From: an uncultured delta proteobacterium
Lineage (GTDB): Bacteria > Myxococcota > UBA727 > VGSZ01
Assembly: GCA_963775425.1 (NCBI GenBank)
Contig: CAVZJB010000003.1
Span: 32,001 to 96,000 of the forward strand
Reading direction: 5' to 3'
DNA length: 64,000 bases
The stretch's first letter is position 1; each line of letters begins with the position of its first letter. The position numbers and the translations under genes were made by a program. The notes beneath the pieces are model-generated. The model was given only the letters and a program-made list of their open reading frames with translations, was not told the DNA's origin and ran no database searches. Of the stretch, positions 10,515 to 19,415 are shown piece by piece.

Positions 10515-10926
10515 GTGTTGTCGAACGCTTGGCCGCATCCATTCCACCCGAGAGACTGGTCGTCGATTGCGGAGCTCTTCGAGGAGCTCGCCGTCGAGAA
10601 CCCTCAGCTTCTGCACATGGCGCGTGTCGCGGAGAGCGTCATCGACTCGCGCAGCACCGATTCTGATCGCGGGGTGTACGTCGCTGCAAGACCTCGTCGT
10701 CGCACCGATGCCGATCCCGGAGCCGCCCCTGGAAGTCGTGGTGGTTCGAGCGCCCGGCTCGCTTCGCGCGCCCAAGCCCGGCGAGGTCATCGTCGAGCAC
10801 CTCTCGCACACCGGGAACAACGACGTCATCGCGCGTCCGGTCGCCGACGCCGTGCCCTTGTTCTGGCGTTTCATCATCGAGAAGCTCGGGGTTCATCCGG
10901 CGGCAGCACCCGTCGAGCGCACATGA
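10515..10926 (+). pseudogene. Hypothetical protein split by +1 frameshift at about 10661
   Basis: Removing one T in ACCGATTCTG joins ...VIDSRSTD to LIAGCTSLQDLVVAP...PLFWRFIIEKLG. Confidence 0.6.
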
Positions 10927-11007
10927 CCGTCGTCGGTCGGCCAGTCTGCCTCGGGGCTTGTGTGCCTCTGATGCCGGGCTATGACGAGCGCGCGGGAGAC
11001 GCGGACC

Positions 11008-11210
11008 ATGACAATCGACCTCTGGACGCTCGTCGCGGCCGTCGGGCTGACCTGGCTTCTGATTATCGTCGCGGCGACGCCCAACCTCCTCGCGAGCCCC
11101 GCGTGGTCGCTCGGCAACCGCGAGCAGGCGTGAAGGTGCTGCGCACGGTCGCCTGGGCGGTCTCCGTCGGCGGGATGGTCGTCATCGTCTGGGGCATGCT
11201 GGCCGCCTAG
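11008..11210 (+). pseudogene. MAPEG-family membrane protein gene with internal deletion
   Basis: MTIDLWTLVAAVGLTWLL...SLGNRE (MAPEG-like N-terminus) abuts in another frame AGVKVLRTVAWAVS...(MAPEG-like C-terminus); middle missing. Confidence 0.55.
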
Positions 11211-11243
11211 ACCCGGCGAGGGGCGACCGCGCCGGACAGACCG

Positions 11244-12062
11244 TCAGCGCGGGCGGAATCCGATGGTGCGGGACACCGAGAGCGGCTGCTTCGCCGGGGG
11301 AAACAGGAGCCCGCGAATCACGTTGCGGGTGCAGCGGGCGAGGTGCGTGGACGCCGTGCCACGGCCTTGGGGGACGACGCGCGCGTGACGGACGTCGCCG
11401 CGCACGCCGACGGTGAACGAGATGGTGAGGCTCTCGCGCAGCGTCGCGTTCGTCTTCGAGGCGCGCTCATAGCAGGAGCGGAGCGCGTTCGCGCTCTGGC
11501 GCATGACGCGCTCGACGGTGGCTGTGTCCACCACGCCGTCGAGGCGCTCGTCGATCGGCGCGTTCACCCGCACCGCCGTTTTCGGCGCAACGAGGGGGGC
11601 CGTCGCGCCGACCCGATCGAGCCGTTGGAGGAACGCGTCGTTGTTCAGGGCGGCGAGGAGCGCCGCGCGGCCCAGGTGATGGGGGCGCGCCGTGCCCGGC
11701 CGCGGCGCGGGTGCGGGCGCTTCCGCGGCAGGCGCCGGCTCGTCGGGGGCAGCAGCAGCCTCGGGCGCGGGGGCCTCGGGCGCAGGGGCCTCGGGCGCGG
11801 GGGCCTCGGGCGCGGGGGCCTCGGCTGCGAGCGCCGGGACGTCCTGCGCGGCGACGACGGGCGGCGCATCGTTCAGCGCGGGGCGTGTGAGCGCCGCCGC
11901 CGGCGCGACGCGAGCGGGGGCAGCGGAGCGGCGCGCCGCGAACGGCGACGAGAGCACAAACGCGACCACTGCCAGGGCGAGCCCGGCCCCGAGCGCGCAC
12001 AAGGTCGCCGAAGGGCGCTTGTGCACGTCGATGACGTCGATGGCGAAGTCGAGGCCGCTCAT
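11244..12062 (-). CDS. AgmX/PglI C-terminal domain membrane protein with Pro/Ala/Glu linker
   Basis: GGAGGT RBS; one TM helix; LRSCYE...FTVG..G.V...C...LLFP C-domain typical of myxobacterial AgmX/PglI. Confidence 0.75.
   Translation of the reverse strand: MSGLDFAIDVIDVHKRPSATLCALGAGLALAVVAFVLSSPFAARRSAAPARVAPAAALTRPALNDAPPVVAAQDVPALAAEAPAPEAPAPEAPAPEAPAPEAAAAPDEPAPAAEAPAPAPRPGTARPHHLGRAALLAALNNDAFLQRLDRVGATAPLVAPKTAVRVNAPIDERLDGVVDTATVERVMRQSANALRSCYERASKTNATLRESLTISFTVGVRGDVRHARVVPQGRGTASTHLARCTRNVIRGLLFPPAKQPLSVSRTIGFRPR
11758..11824. repeat. 15-bp tandem repeat (about 4 copies) encoding APEAP linker
   Basis: GCCTCGGGCGCGGGG repeated. Confidence 0.8.
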
Positions 12063-12250
12063 ACCTCCGAGATCGGCCGAGGAGGCTCGGTCCTGAACCC
12101 GGATCCGCAGCCGGCGGATCGAGGCGCACGCCACGCGAGCGACGTCATTCTGAGCAGCTCTCTCCATGCCCGCGCGTCAAGGATCCGGCGCCTGCGGCCG
12201 CGACGATCGACACGGGTGTGTCGCCGGAGCCGAACGGCAGCGCGTGCCGA

Positions 12251-12772
12251 TCACGAGGCGCCGTCAGGAGCGCCAGGCCGCCGCGCCACGAGCGCGACGA
12301 GCTTGTCGAGCTGCCCGTCCCAGCCCATGGTCTTCATCTTCGTCCAGTGCGCGTCGTGCATCGACGTGATGTTCACGACCACGCGCGTGCCGCCGCCGTC
12401 GAGCGGCCACATGTCGACCGTGGTCTCGTTCGTGTACGGGTCCACGCCGGGGACGAAGTCGACGGCGCCGTGCCACGCCAGGCGGCGGTGCACCTGGACG
12501 TCGTCGTAGTCGCCGCGGTCGTGGGTGGTGACGGCGACGCCCGTGGACTTCAGGTAGGCGATGATCTCCGGCTCCACCGCGGTCATCGCGATCTCGAAGC
12601 CGCCGCCGACGCGCACCTCGATGCGTGTGACCTCGGAGCGAAAGCCGTCGGGCCCCCACCACCTCTCGAGGCCGGCCTTCGTCGTCCACATCGGCCACAC
12701 GCGGGCGACGTCCGCGCGCAGCTCCCGCTCCAGGGCGATCAGCTCGCCTCTCATCGGGTGCTCGTTGTTCAC
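12251..12772 (-). CDS. SRPBCC/AHSA1 domain protein
   Basis: ERELRADVARVW..WT....LERWWGPDG...GWDGQLDKL; GTG overlaps ArsR stop. Confidence 0.88.
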   Translation of the reverse strand: MNNEHPMRGELIALERELRADVARVWPMWTTKAGLERWWGPDGFRSEVTRIEVRVGGGFEIAMTAVEPEIIAYLKSTGVAVTTHDRGDYDDVQVHRRLAWHGAVDFVPGVDPYTNETTVDMWPLDGGGTRVVVNITSMHDAHWTKMKTMGWDGQLDKLVALVARRPGAPDGAS

Positions 12773-13101
12773 TCGTCTTCCTCCAATGCTCGCTCCAGGC
12801 GGGAGAGGCGATCGCTCCACGTCCTCCGCAGGACGTCGATCCACGTGGCCGCGTCCTCGAGGGGCTTCGGGTTTCGCGACAGCCAATGCTCGCGGCCGGC
12901 GCGCCGGCGCCTCACGAGCTGCGCGCGCTCGAGGATGCGGATGTGCTTGGACACCGAGTTCAGCGAGATGTCGAACGGCGCGGCGAGGTCCGTGACGCGC
13001 GCCTCGCCCTTGCCGAGCCGAAGCAGGATCGCCCGCCGCGTAGGATCCGCGAGCGCGTGCAGCGTGAAGTCGAGCTTCTGGGCGGCGCCGGCCATATTCA
13101 T
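12769..13101 (-). CDS. ArsR/SmtB family transcriptional regulator
   Basis: ALADPTRRAIL...VSKHIRILERAQLV...GRE. Confidence 0.92.
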   Translation of the reverse strand: MNMAGAAQKLDFTLHALADPTRRAILLRLGKGEARVTDLAAPFDISLNSVSKHIRILERAQLVRRRRAGREHWLSRNPKPLEDAATWIDVLRRTWSDRLSRLERALEEDE

Positions 13102-13131
13102 CCTTTAGGATGAATATGGCGATCGTGTCAA
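13091..13131 (-). promoter_or_regulatory. Perfect 14-2-14 inverted repeat, probable ArsR autoregulatory operator, plus minus-strand TTGACA
   Basis: GCCATATTCATCCT-TT-AGGATGAATATGGC (13091-13120) overlaps ArsR start; TTGACA at 13131-13126. Confidence 0.85.
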
Positions 13132-13229
13132 GCGGTGGGCGAAAGCACCCTGCGCGCGTGCCGCGAGGAAGGCAGCCGTGCGCGCCGGCGATCGACACGC
13201 CTAGGATGCTCGCGTCCCTCGAGGTGTCC

Positions 13230-14261
13230 GTGATCGCATCGCCCGCCCGCTCCCACGTCCTCCTCTTCGCCGTCGCCGCCGCGCTCTCCGCCGGCGCCGC
13301 CATGATCTCCTCCTGTGCGCTGCCGCCTCCACAGCACGCGGACGGCGAGGGCGAAGGCGACGCAGGCGAAGGCGAAGGCGAAGGCGACGCCGGCGAAGGC
13401 GAAGGCGAAGGCGAAGGCGACGCCGGCGAAGGCGAAGGCGACGCCGCTGAAGGCGAAGGCGAGGGCGACGCCGCTGAAGGCGAAGGCGAGGGCGACGCCG
13501 GTGAAGGTGAAGGTGAAGGTGAGGGCGAAGGCGAGGGCGACGCCGGACCGGCCGTCGACGTCATCGTCGGCGTCGGCTACGGCGGCATCCGCATCCTCTC
13601 CGTCGATCACGGCGAGCATTGGTGCGAGAGCGCCATCGACGATCCCAACGGCGGCGACGATCCGCGCCTGTTGCGCGAGGTCACCACCGGCGACGGACAG
13701 TTCGTCGCCGCCGGGTGGGACCACCTGTACGTGTCGCAAAACGGCTGGGCCTGGCAGGACGTGCTCGGCGGAAACGGCACCCCCACGGGACAGTGGATCG
13801 GCGGCATCCGCTATGACGGCGTCGGCACCTGGCTCTCCTGCGGCGGCTTCGGCACCGCCATGCGCTCCTCCGACGCGCGCGCCTGGCAGAGCATCGACTA
13901 CCCAGGCACCGCCGCCGGCCGCGAGCTCGCGTTCGGCAACGGCGAGTTCGTCTGCAGCGACGACGGCGGCTGGCAAGCGACCTTCGACGGCGGCGACACC
14001 TGGCAGAGCGTAGCGGGCAGCGGCCGCGTCGAGTTCCGCGACGGCGCGTTCCAGCAGGACGACGGCGTCACCCCCGCCTTCGGCGTCAACGTGCGCTACG
14101 ACTGGCCCACCGGCGTCGCGGTCTCTGCGCAGGGCGGCGGCTTCCAGATCAAGTTCGCGCCGCGGGAGCCCATCGAGCGCTTCGCGTTCATGAGCGTGAG
14201 CGCCGCGGCCTTCGCCGTCGACACGATGCCGTCGACGTTGCGCCAATGCCTCGGCCTCTGA
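13230..14261 (+). CDS. Lipoprotein with (GE)n linker and BNR/beta-propeller-like domain
   Basis: Lipobox ISSC; SxDxGxxW-like repeats (SVDHGEHW, TFDGGDTW); start uncertain (13206 or 13230). Confidence 0.75.
   Translation: MIASPARSHVLLFAVAAALSAGAAMISSCALPPPQHADGEGEGDAGEGEGEGDAGEGEGEGEGDAGEGEGDAAEGEGEGDAAEGEGEGDAGEGEGEGEGEGEGDAGPAVDVIVGVGYGGIRILSVDHGEHWCESAIDDPNGGDDPRLLREVTTGDGQFVAAGWDHLYVSQNGWAWQDVLGGNGTPTGQWIGGIRYDGVGTWLSCGGFGTAMRSSDARAWQSIDYPGTAAGRELAFGNGEFVCSDDGGWQATFDGGDTWQSVAGSGRVEFRDGAFQQDDGVTPAFGVNVRYDWPTGVAVSAQGGGFQIKFAPREPIERFAFMSVSAAAFAVDTMPSTLRQCLGL
13341..13546 (+). repeat. (GE)n/GDA low-complexity coding repeat
   Basis: GGCGAA/GGCGAG hexamer array. Confidence 0.9.
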
Positions 14262-14368
14262 AAAGCGACGCGCGGGACACGCCCGCGCCCTGGCGTGTTC
14301 TGCGCATCGTGCGGCATCGTTCTGCGCCACCACGCGCGGCTTCCGTGACAGCGCCTTGATCGGTGTTC

Positions 14369-16261
14369 CTAGGTGCCGGGGCGGTGCTTGAGCCGCTGTT
14401 CCCACGACGCGTGGTACGCGGGGATGCGGTGGCGCCCGAGGCCCACCGGTTGCGCGAGCAGGTCCTTGGACTGCGCGAAGGTGTTTTCGTGCATCCACTC
14501 GTGCGCGGCCGAGTCCTTCGTCGCCTGCTGCGGCGGCACCTCGAAGGTGCCCGCGAGGTACTCGGTGTCGCGCAGTCCCTGCCAGCCCTCCTCCTCGGCC
14601 AGCCACGGCTTCCCCTCGGGGATCTCCGTGACGTACAGGGCCACCTTCATGCCCTCCCTGGCCACCGTGCCGGAGACGGCGTCGAGCGCTGCGTTCTTCG
14701 CCTTGTCGTGCGACGGGTTCGGGAAGTCCGTGGGCTCGACGACCTTCACACGGAACTGCACGTAGCGGCCGCCGATGAAGTATGCGTGGCGACCGTAGAG
14801 CTGGTGCTCGTGGAAGGCCTGCTTGTTCGCTTCGCTGCAGGCGTCCTGCGCGGACTTGATCTCGCCGATGCGTTCGAACAGCTCGCCGTTGGCGATGCCC
14901 TCGCCGAGGAAGCGCACGAGCCGCCCTGGGGTGGAGTCGGCGAGCGTTCCGTCGGGCGCCGTGGTCAAGCGCTCGGTGAACAGCGTGTGCTTGCGCGCGG
15001 TGTTGGCGTGCGTGGTCTGGCCGGCGTTGGCCGTGATGTCGAGCACCTGCCTGGCGGTGCCCTTGTCGAGGCTGCCCTCGAGGGGGAGCACGATGCGCAC
15101 GCCGGGCTGGTGCGGCTTGGAGTCCGGCTCGTCGGGGTTGGTCTGGCTGCCCGAGACGCGAATCATCCCGCCCTTCACCACCTTGCCGAACAGATCCTTG
15201 ACCCAGTCCGGTGCGGCGTCCGCCGTCTTCATCGTGACGTCACCGAATTCGACGCCCTTGGCGTGGTTGCCGCGCGCGAACGGGCACGTGGCGCCTCGCT
15301 TCTTCGCCGTCTCGATGATGGCCTTCTGGATGTTGTCGAGCCCCGGCAGCACCTCGTGGTTCCACTCGTCGAAGAAGCCGGTGCAGCCGCCCCGAGGGTG
15401 CTCGACGCCGTCGCTGGCTTTGAGCTGGCCGCTGTCGCCCGTTGTCAGCTTCTTGAGCGCGGGGTCCGCGAGGAGCGCCTCGCGGTCCGCCGGCGACGCC
15501 TTGAGGATGCCGCGCTGCAGCAGCATGACGACGATGTCGGCGGTGGCCGGGTCATGGGTGCCGGCGGCGGCCGCCGCGAGCTTCTTGGCGTCCCCCGCGG
15601 CCAGCGGGAGGTCGAGCTTGGGGAACTTGAACGCGCTGAACCCCGTGTGCGCGTAGTTCTTTGCGTCTTGATCGGCCTTGCGCCGATAGGACTCGTAGAC
15701 CTGCAGCGTGCGGGCCGCCTTCTTCACCGCGGCGGGGCTCGACGACACGAGCGCCTCGACGAGCGCCGCCGCCACCTTCTCCGCCGGCACGTCACCGCTG
15801 CGAACGCGCAGCAGATCGCGCGCGGAGGGGACGGACTCGAGGGGGCCCCTGGCGCTGGCGCCGAAGACCTGGGCCGTGGATCGCGCGTGCGCGGTAAAGT
15901 CCTGGCCGTTCCCCTTCACCCCGAGGCTCTCGACGTCATCGTTCTTGCCCGCGCGCAGGCCGAAGAGGCCGGCCGCGTCGTGGCCGCCGTCGGCGGCGTG
16001 GAAGGCGGGGGCGTGGTCGCTGCCGGTGGTGGCCGCGGTCTTCTTGTCGCCGCTCGCCTCAAAGAGCGCGTCGAGGCCGTGCTCGAAGGCGAGCGCCGCG
16101 GCCGCGCGGAGCTGGCCGACGTCGACGCCGCTCTTCTTGCTGAGCGCTTCGGCGGCGCCGGCCTCGCCCTTGGCCACGGCGGTGAGCGCGCCGCGGAGCG
16201 AGTCCGGGTCCCGTCGCGCGAGGCGGGTGAGTGCGGTGCGGGTGTCGGTGCTGATGGTCAT
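14369..16261 (-). CDS. Catalase-like heme protein with long unknown N-terminal region
   Basis: RGNHAKG (distal His), IRVS, and C-terminal LGRHRIPAYHAS (RxxxY proximal Tyr) as in catalase-related peroxidases. Confidence 0.7.
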   Translation of the reverse strand: MTISTDTRTALTRLARRDPDSLRGALTAVAKGEAGAAEALSKKSGVDVGQLRAAAALAFEHGLDALFEASGDKKTAATTGSDHAPAFHAADGGHDAAGLFGLRAGKNDDVESLGVKGNGQDFTAHARSTAQVFGASARGPLESVPSARDLLRVRSGDVPAEKVAAALVEALVSSSPAAVKKAARTLQVYESYRRKADQDAKNYAHTGFSAFKFPKLDLPLAAGDAKKLAAAAAGTHDPATADIVVMLLQRGILKASPADREALLADPALKKLTTGDSGQLKASDGVEHPRGGCTGFFDEWNHEVLPGLDNIQKAIIETAKKRGATCPFARGNHAKGVEFGDVTMKTADAAPDWVKDLFGKVVKGGMIRVSGSQTNPDEPDSKPHQPGVRIVLPLEGSLDKGTARQVLDITANAGQTTHANTARKHTLFTERLTTAPDGTLADSTPGRLVRFLGEGIANGELFERIGEIKSAQDACSEANKQAFHEHQLYGRHAYFIGGRYVQFRVKVVEPTDFPNPSHDKAKNAALDAVSGTVAREGMKVALYVTEIPEGKPWLAEEEGWQGLRDTEYLAGTFEVPPQQATKDSAAHEWMHENTFAQSKDLLAQPVGLGRHRIPAYHASWEQRLKHRPGT

Positions 16262-16328
16262 GCGCGCCCCTCGCACTCTAGCGCCACGCCGGGCGCTTTG
16301 GCGGAGCGCGGCGGCGGGGGGCCGAACG

Positions 16329-16573
16329 CTACGCGGCGCCGTCGCCGATCCAGGCGAGGGCCTGCAGGAGGACGTCGGGGAGCTTGGCGATGGACGCGAG
16401 CTTGGAGATCTGGCCGCCGAGCGCGTCGACGAAGAGGGCCGCCGAGGCCTTGTCGAGGTGCCCGTGGGCGGCGCCGAGGAAGCGCAGGTCGAGCGCCGCC
16501 AGCGCCTCCAACAGCGGCGCGAGCTCCCCTTTGTCCTCGAAGAAGCAGAAGTCGGACAGGCGCAGCCGGCGGA

Positions 16574-16577
<4 letters not shown>
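16329..16577 (-). CDS. Small hypothetical protein (82 aa)
   Basis: GTG overlaps upstream TGA; protein-like composition (VIRRLRLSDFCFFED...). Confidence 0.55.
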
Positions 16578-16849
<272 letters not shown>

Positions 16850-16892
16850 AGACCGTCTTTCGCCGGCGCACACGCGGGCGTAAGCGACGCCC

Positions 16893-17357
16893 GTGACGTC
16901 GCGCACGCTGCGCCTGCGCATCGAGCTCGTCCCCGAGCCGCTGTGGGGCCGGAACCTGCGCGCGCTCCTGTCGCCCGGCGCCTGGCAGAAGCTGCGCAAG
17001 AAGCTCATCGCCGAGCGCGGCCTCACCTGCGCCATCTGCGGCGCCGTCGAGGAGAGCGCGAAGAGGATCCACGCCCACGAGGAGTGGAGCTACGACACCA
17101 CGCAGACCCCCGCGGTGGCGCGGGTCAGCCGGGTGGAGCTGGTCTGCGCGAGGTGCCACGCCGTCGAGCACTTCGGCCGCCTGCGCCGCCTGTACAAGGA
17201 CGGCAGGCTCGAGGAGCGCGTGCTCGAGGACGTCATCGCGCACTTCTGCGCGGTCAACGAGGTCGACGTCGACGCGTTCCTCGCGCACGAGGACGAAGCC
17301 GTGCGCGAGTGGCGCCGCTTGAACCGCGTCGCCGACTGGATCGTGGACCCGGGGTGA
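16893..17357 (+). CDS. HNH endonuclease-like Zn-binding protein
   Basis: CAICG...HAHEEW...CARCHAVEH; N-terminal LRIELVP. Confidence 0.8.
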   Translation: MTSRTLRLRIELVPEPLWGRNLRALLSPGAWQKLRKKLIAERGLTCAICGAVEESAKRIHAHEEWSYDTTQTPAVARVSRVELVCARCHAVEHFGRLRRLYKDGRLEERVLEDVIAHFCAVNEVDVDAFLAHEDEAVREWRRLNRVADWIVDPG

Positions 17358-17454
17358 GACGGGCGCGAAGGCGCCGGCTCGGCGGCCTGGGCCGCGCGTG
17401 TCCACGCTGCGCGCGCGCTTGCTCGCCGCCGCCGGCTCCCCCGACAATGCGCGC

Positions 17455-18093
17455 ATGGTGAAGCTCGCCGCCGTCGTCCTCGCGCTCTGCTCCAGCGCCG
17501 CCCTCGCCCACATCGAGCTCGTGCAGCCGCAGCCGCGCTACGCGAACACGCTCGGCGAGGTGAACAAGAACTGTCCCTGCGGCGGCGGCGGCGGCGGCCA
17601 GACCTGCACCGCCGGCGTCACCAGCGATCCCAACCGCGACGAGTCGCGCGCCACCGCCGTCGCGCCGGGCTCCACCATCACGGTGAAGTGGAAGGAGACC
17701 ATCGATCACACCGGGCGCTTCCGCATCGCCTTCGACGACGACGGCGCCGACCTCGCCGACTTCAACGCCAACATCCTCGCCGACATCGCCGACCCGGCCA
17801 ACACCACCGGCGACAAGTCCGCGGAGGTGACCCTGCCGTCCACGCCGTGCGACAACTGCACGCTTCAGCTCATCCAGGACATGAACGGCGACGACGTCGA
17901 CGCCGTCGCCGACCCCACCGGCGACCCCACCTACTTCCAGTGCGCCGACCTGGTCCTCAAGGAAGGCGCGCCCACCGATCTCGGCGGCGGGTGCGCTGCC
18001 GTGCCCGGAGCGGCGCCGTCGGTGTGTGCGCTCGCGCTCGCCCTGTGCGCGCGCCGGCGGCTCACGCGATGGGATCGCCGACGGCGCGCTTGA
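17455..18093 (+). CDS. SCE4755-family polysaccharide monooxygenase-like protein with MYXO-CTERM-like tail
   Basis: Signal ends ALA-H (His1); ETIDHTGRFRIAFD, CDNCTLQLIQ, YFQCADL; GGGCAA-hydrophobic-RRR tail. Confidence 0.8.
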   Translation: MVKLAAVVLALCSSAALAHIELVQPQPRYANTLGEVNKNCPCGGGGGGQTCTAGVTSDPNRDESRATAVAPGSTITVKWKETIDHTGRFRIAFDDDGADLADFNANILADIADPANTTGDKSAEVTLPSTPCDNCTLQLIQDMNGDDVDAVADPTGDPTYFQCADLVLKEGAPTDLGGGCAAVPGAAPSVCALALALCARRRLTRWDRRRRA

Positions 18094-18691
18094 GCGGGTT
18101 GAACAGCGCGCCGCGGCTCCATTCGCGCTCGCAGAAGTACGCGAGCAGGAGGCCGCCGGCGACGTCGATGGAGTAGTGGCCGTGCGCGAGCAGCAGCCCG
18201 GCGCCGACGACGACGGCGAGCGCGATGAACATGCGCCGCAGCCATGGGGCGCGTGCGCCGTCGGTGAGCAGGACGAACAGCAGCGCCATCGCGACGTGCC
18301 CCGACGGGAACATGCCGTGTTGCACGATGGGAAAGACGAACGCGCCCGCGCCCTGGGCGTCGGCGAGCGGCGTGAGCACCATGAGCCCCGCGCGGAGGAT
18401 GTACATCACGGAGAACACCGACAGCGTGCGCGGCAACTGCTCGGGGACGGAGAGGATGGTGTACGCGAGGAACGCGACGAGGCCGACCACGAGCGCCGCG
18501 GCGACGGCGTAGCGCGCGCCGGACACGTAGGGCAAAAGCTCGAACAGCGTATCGCGCGGTGCAGGCCGGTCGGCGTGGCGCGCGGTGATGAAGGCGTTTC
18601 CCCCGAGCGAGGCGACGGCGGCGGCGGCGACCAGCAGGAGGGAGACGGCGAACGCCCGCGCGGCCGCGTTGCGCCGGAGCTCGACGTCCAT
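18062..18691 (-). CDS. PAP2 superfamily / sphingomyelin synthase-like membrane phosphotransferase
   Basis: GMFPSGH and HGHYSIDV motifs; multiple TM segments. Confidence 0.78.
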   Translation of the reverse strand: MDVELRRNAAARAFAVSLLLVAAAAVASLGGNAFITARHADRPAPRDTLFELLPYVSGARYAVAAALVVGLVAFLAYTILSVPEQLPRTLSVFSVMYILRAGLMVLTPLADAQGAGAFVFPIVQHGMFPSGHVAMALLFVLLTDGARAPWLRRMFIALAVVVGAGLLLAHGHYSIDVAGGLLLAYFCEREWSRGALFNPLKRAVGDPIA

Positions 18692-18698
18692 GACGCCG

Positions 18699-19142
18699 TC
18701 AGCTTCCCTCGAACCCGGGCCACGGCGCGAGCACCTTGGCCTCGGCCGCAATGTGCTCCTGCACCTCCGCCGCGAGGTGCGCGACGCGCGACACCAGCGG
18801 GCAGTCGTCGGCGTCGCCGCAGGCGGCGTTCACGGCGTCGACGGCCGAGACGAGCTTCAGCGCATCGACGGCCCACGCCTCGGACTGCTGCGGCCGGCAG
18901 CGCGCGCCCGACTCGAAGGCGGGGAAGAGGTGAGCCTCCTGGACGCCGCAGTGCTCCTGCAAGCGCTCGTCAAGGAGCGCGACGGCGTCCGCGAGCTCTT
19001 CGAAGTCCCGGCGCGCGCGCAGGAGCAGCCGGAGCACCGCGACCTCGTCCTCGAAGGCACGGTGGTAGCGCTCGACGAGGAACTCAATCTCGATCCCCCG
19101 GCTCCGGCGTACCCGGGTGGGGCTGCTCACCGCGTCGAACAT
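18699..19142 (-). CDS. Hemerythrin (HHE)-like domain protein
   Basis: YH...EHCGVQEAHLFP...EHIAAEAKVL; GAGGAG RBS. Confidence 0.65.
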   Translation of the reverse strand: MFDAVSSPTRVRRSRGIEIEFLVERYHRAFEDEVAVLRLLLRARRDFEELADAVALLDERLQEHCGVQEAHLFPAFESGARCRPQQSEAWAVDALKLVSAVDAVNAACGDADDCPLVSRVAHLAAEVQEHIAAEAKVLAPWPGFEGS

Positions 19143-19415
19143 GTCGGTCTCCTCTGGTTTTTCGCGCCGGCAGTTTCGAGAAGCGTGCCACCGCTGATCC
19201 GCGGCGGGCGGCACCCGCGCTGCGGCGCCGTGGGGACGAACACACATGCCGTGTGCCGGATGCCCCACGGCTGTGCCGCGTCCGCCTGACGGCGGGGGCG
19301 CGCCGCGCATGGCCGGCGGCTTGCTTGATGCCTTCCGTTCAGCGGAGCCCTCGATGCCGTCGGAGAAAGCAGAGCCGTCGCCGTTCACCGTGCTGTCCCT
19401 CGCCGGGGCCGCGTC

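Noticed and set aside
12251-13564. 437-aa ORF with Ser-Pro repeats fused to SRPBCC
   Set aside because: The SP repeats are the antisense of the GE repeat; the true SRPBCC start is GTG 12772
16893-17357. HNH gene as prophage or intron marker
   Set aside because: No integrase, structural genes or interrupted host gene nearby
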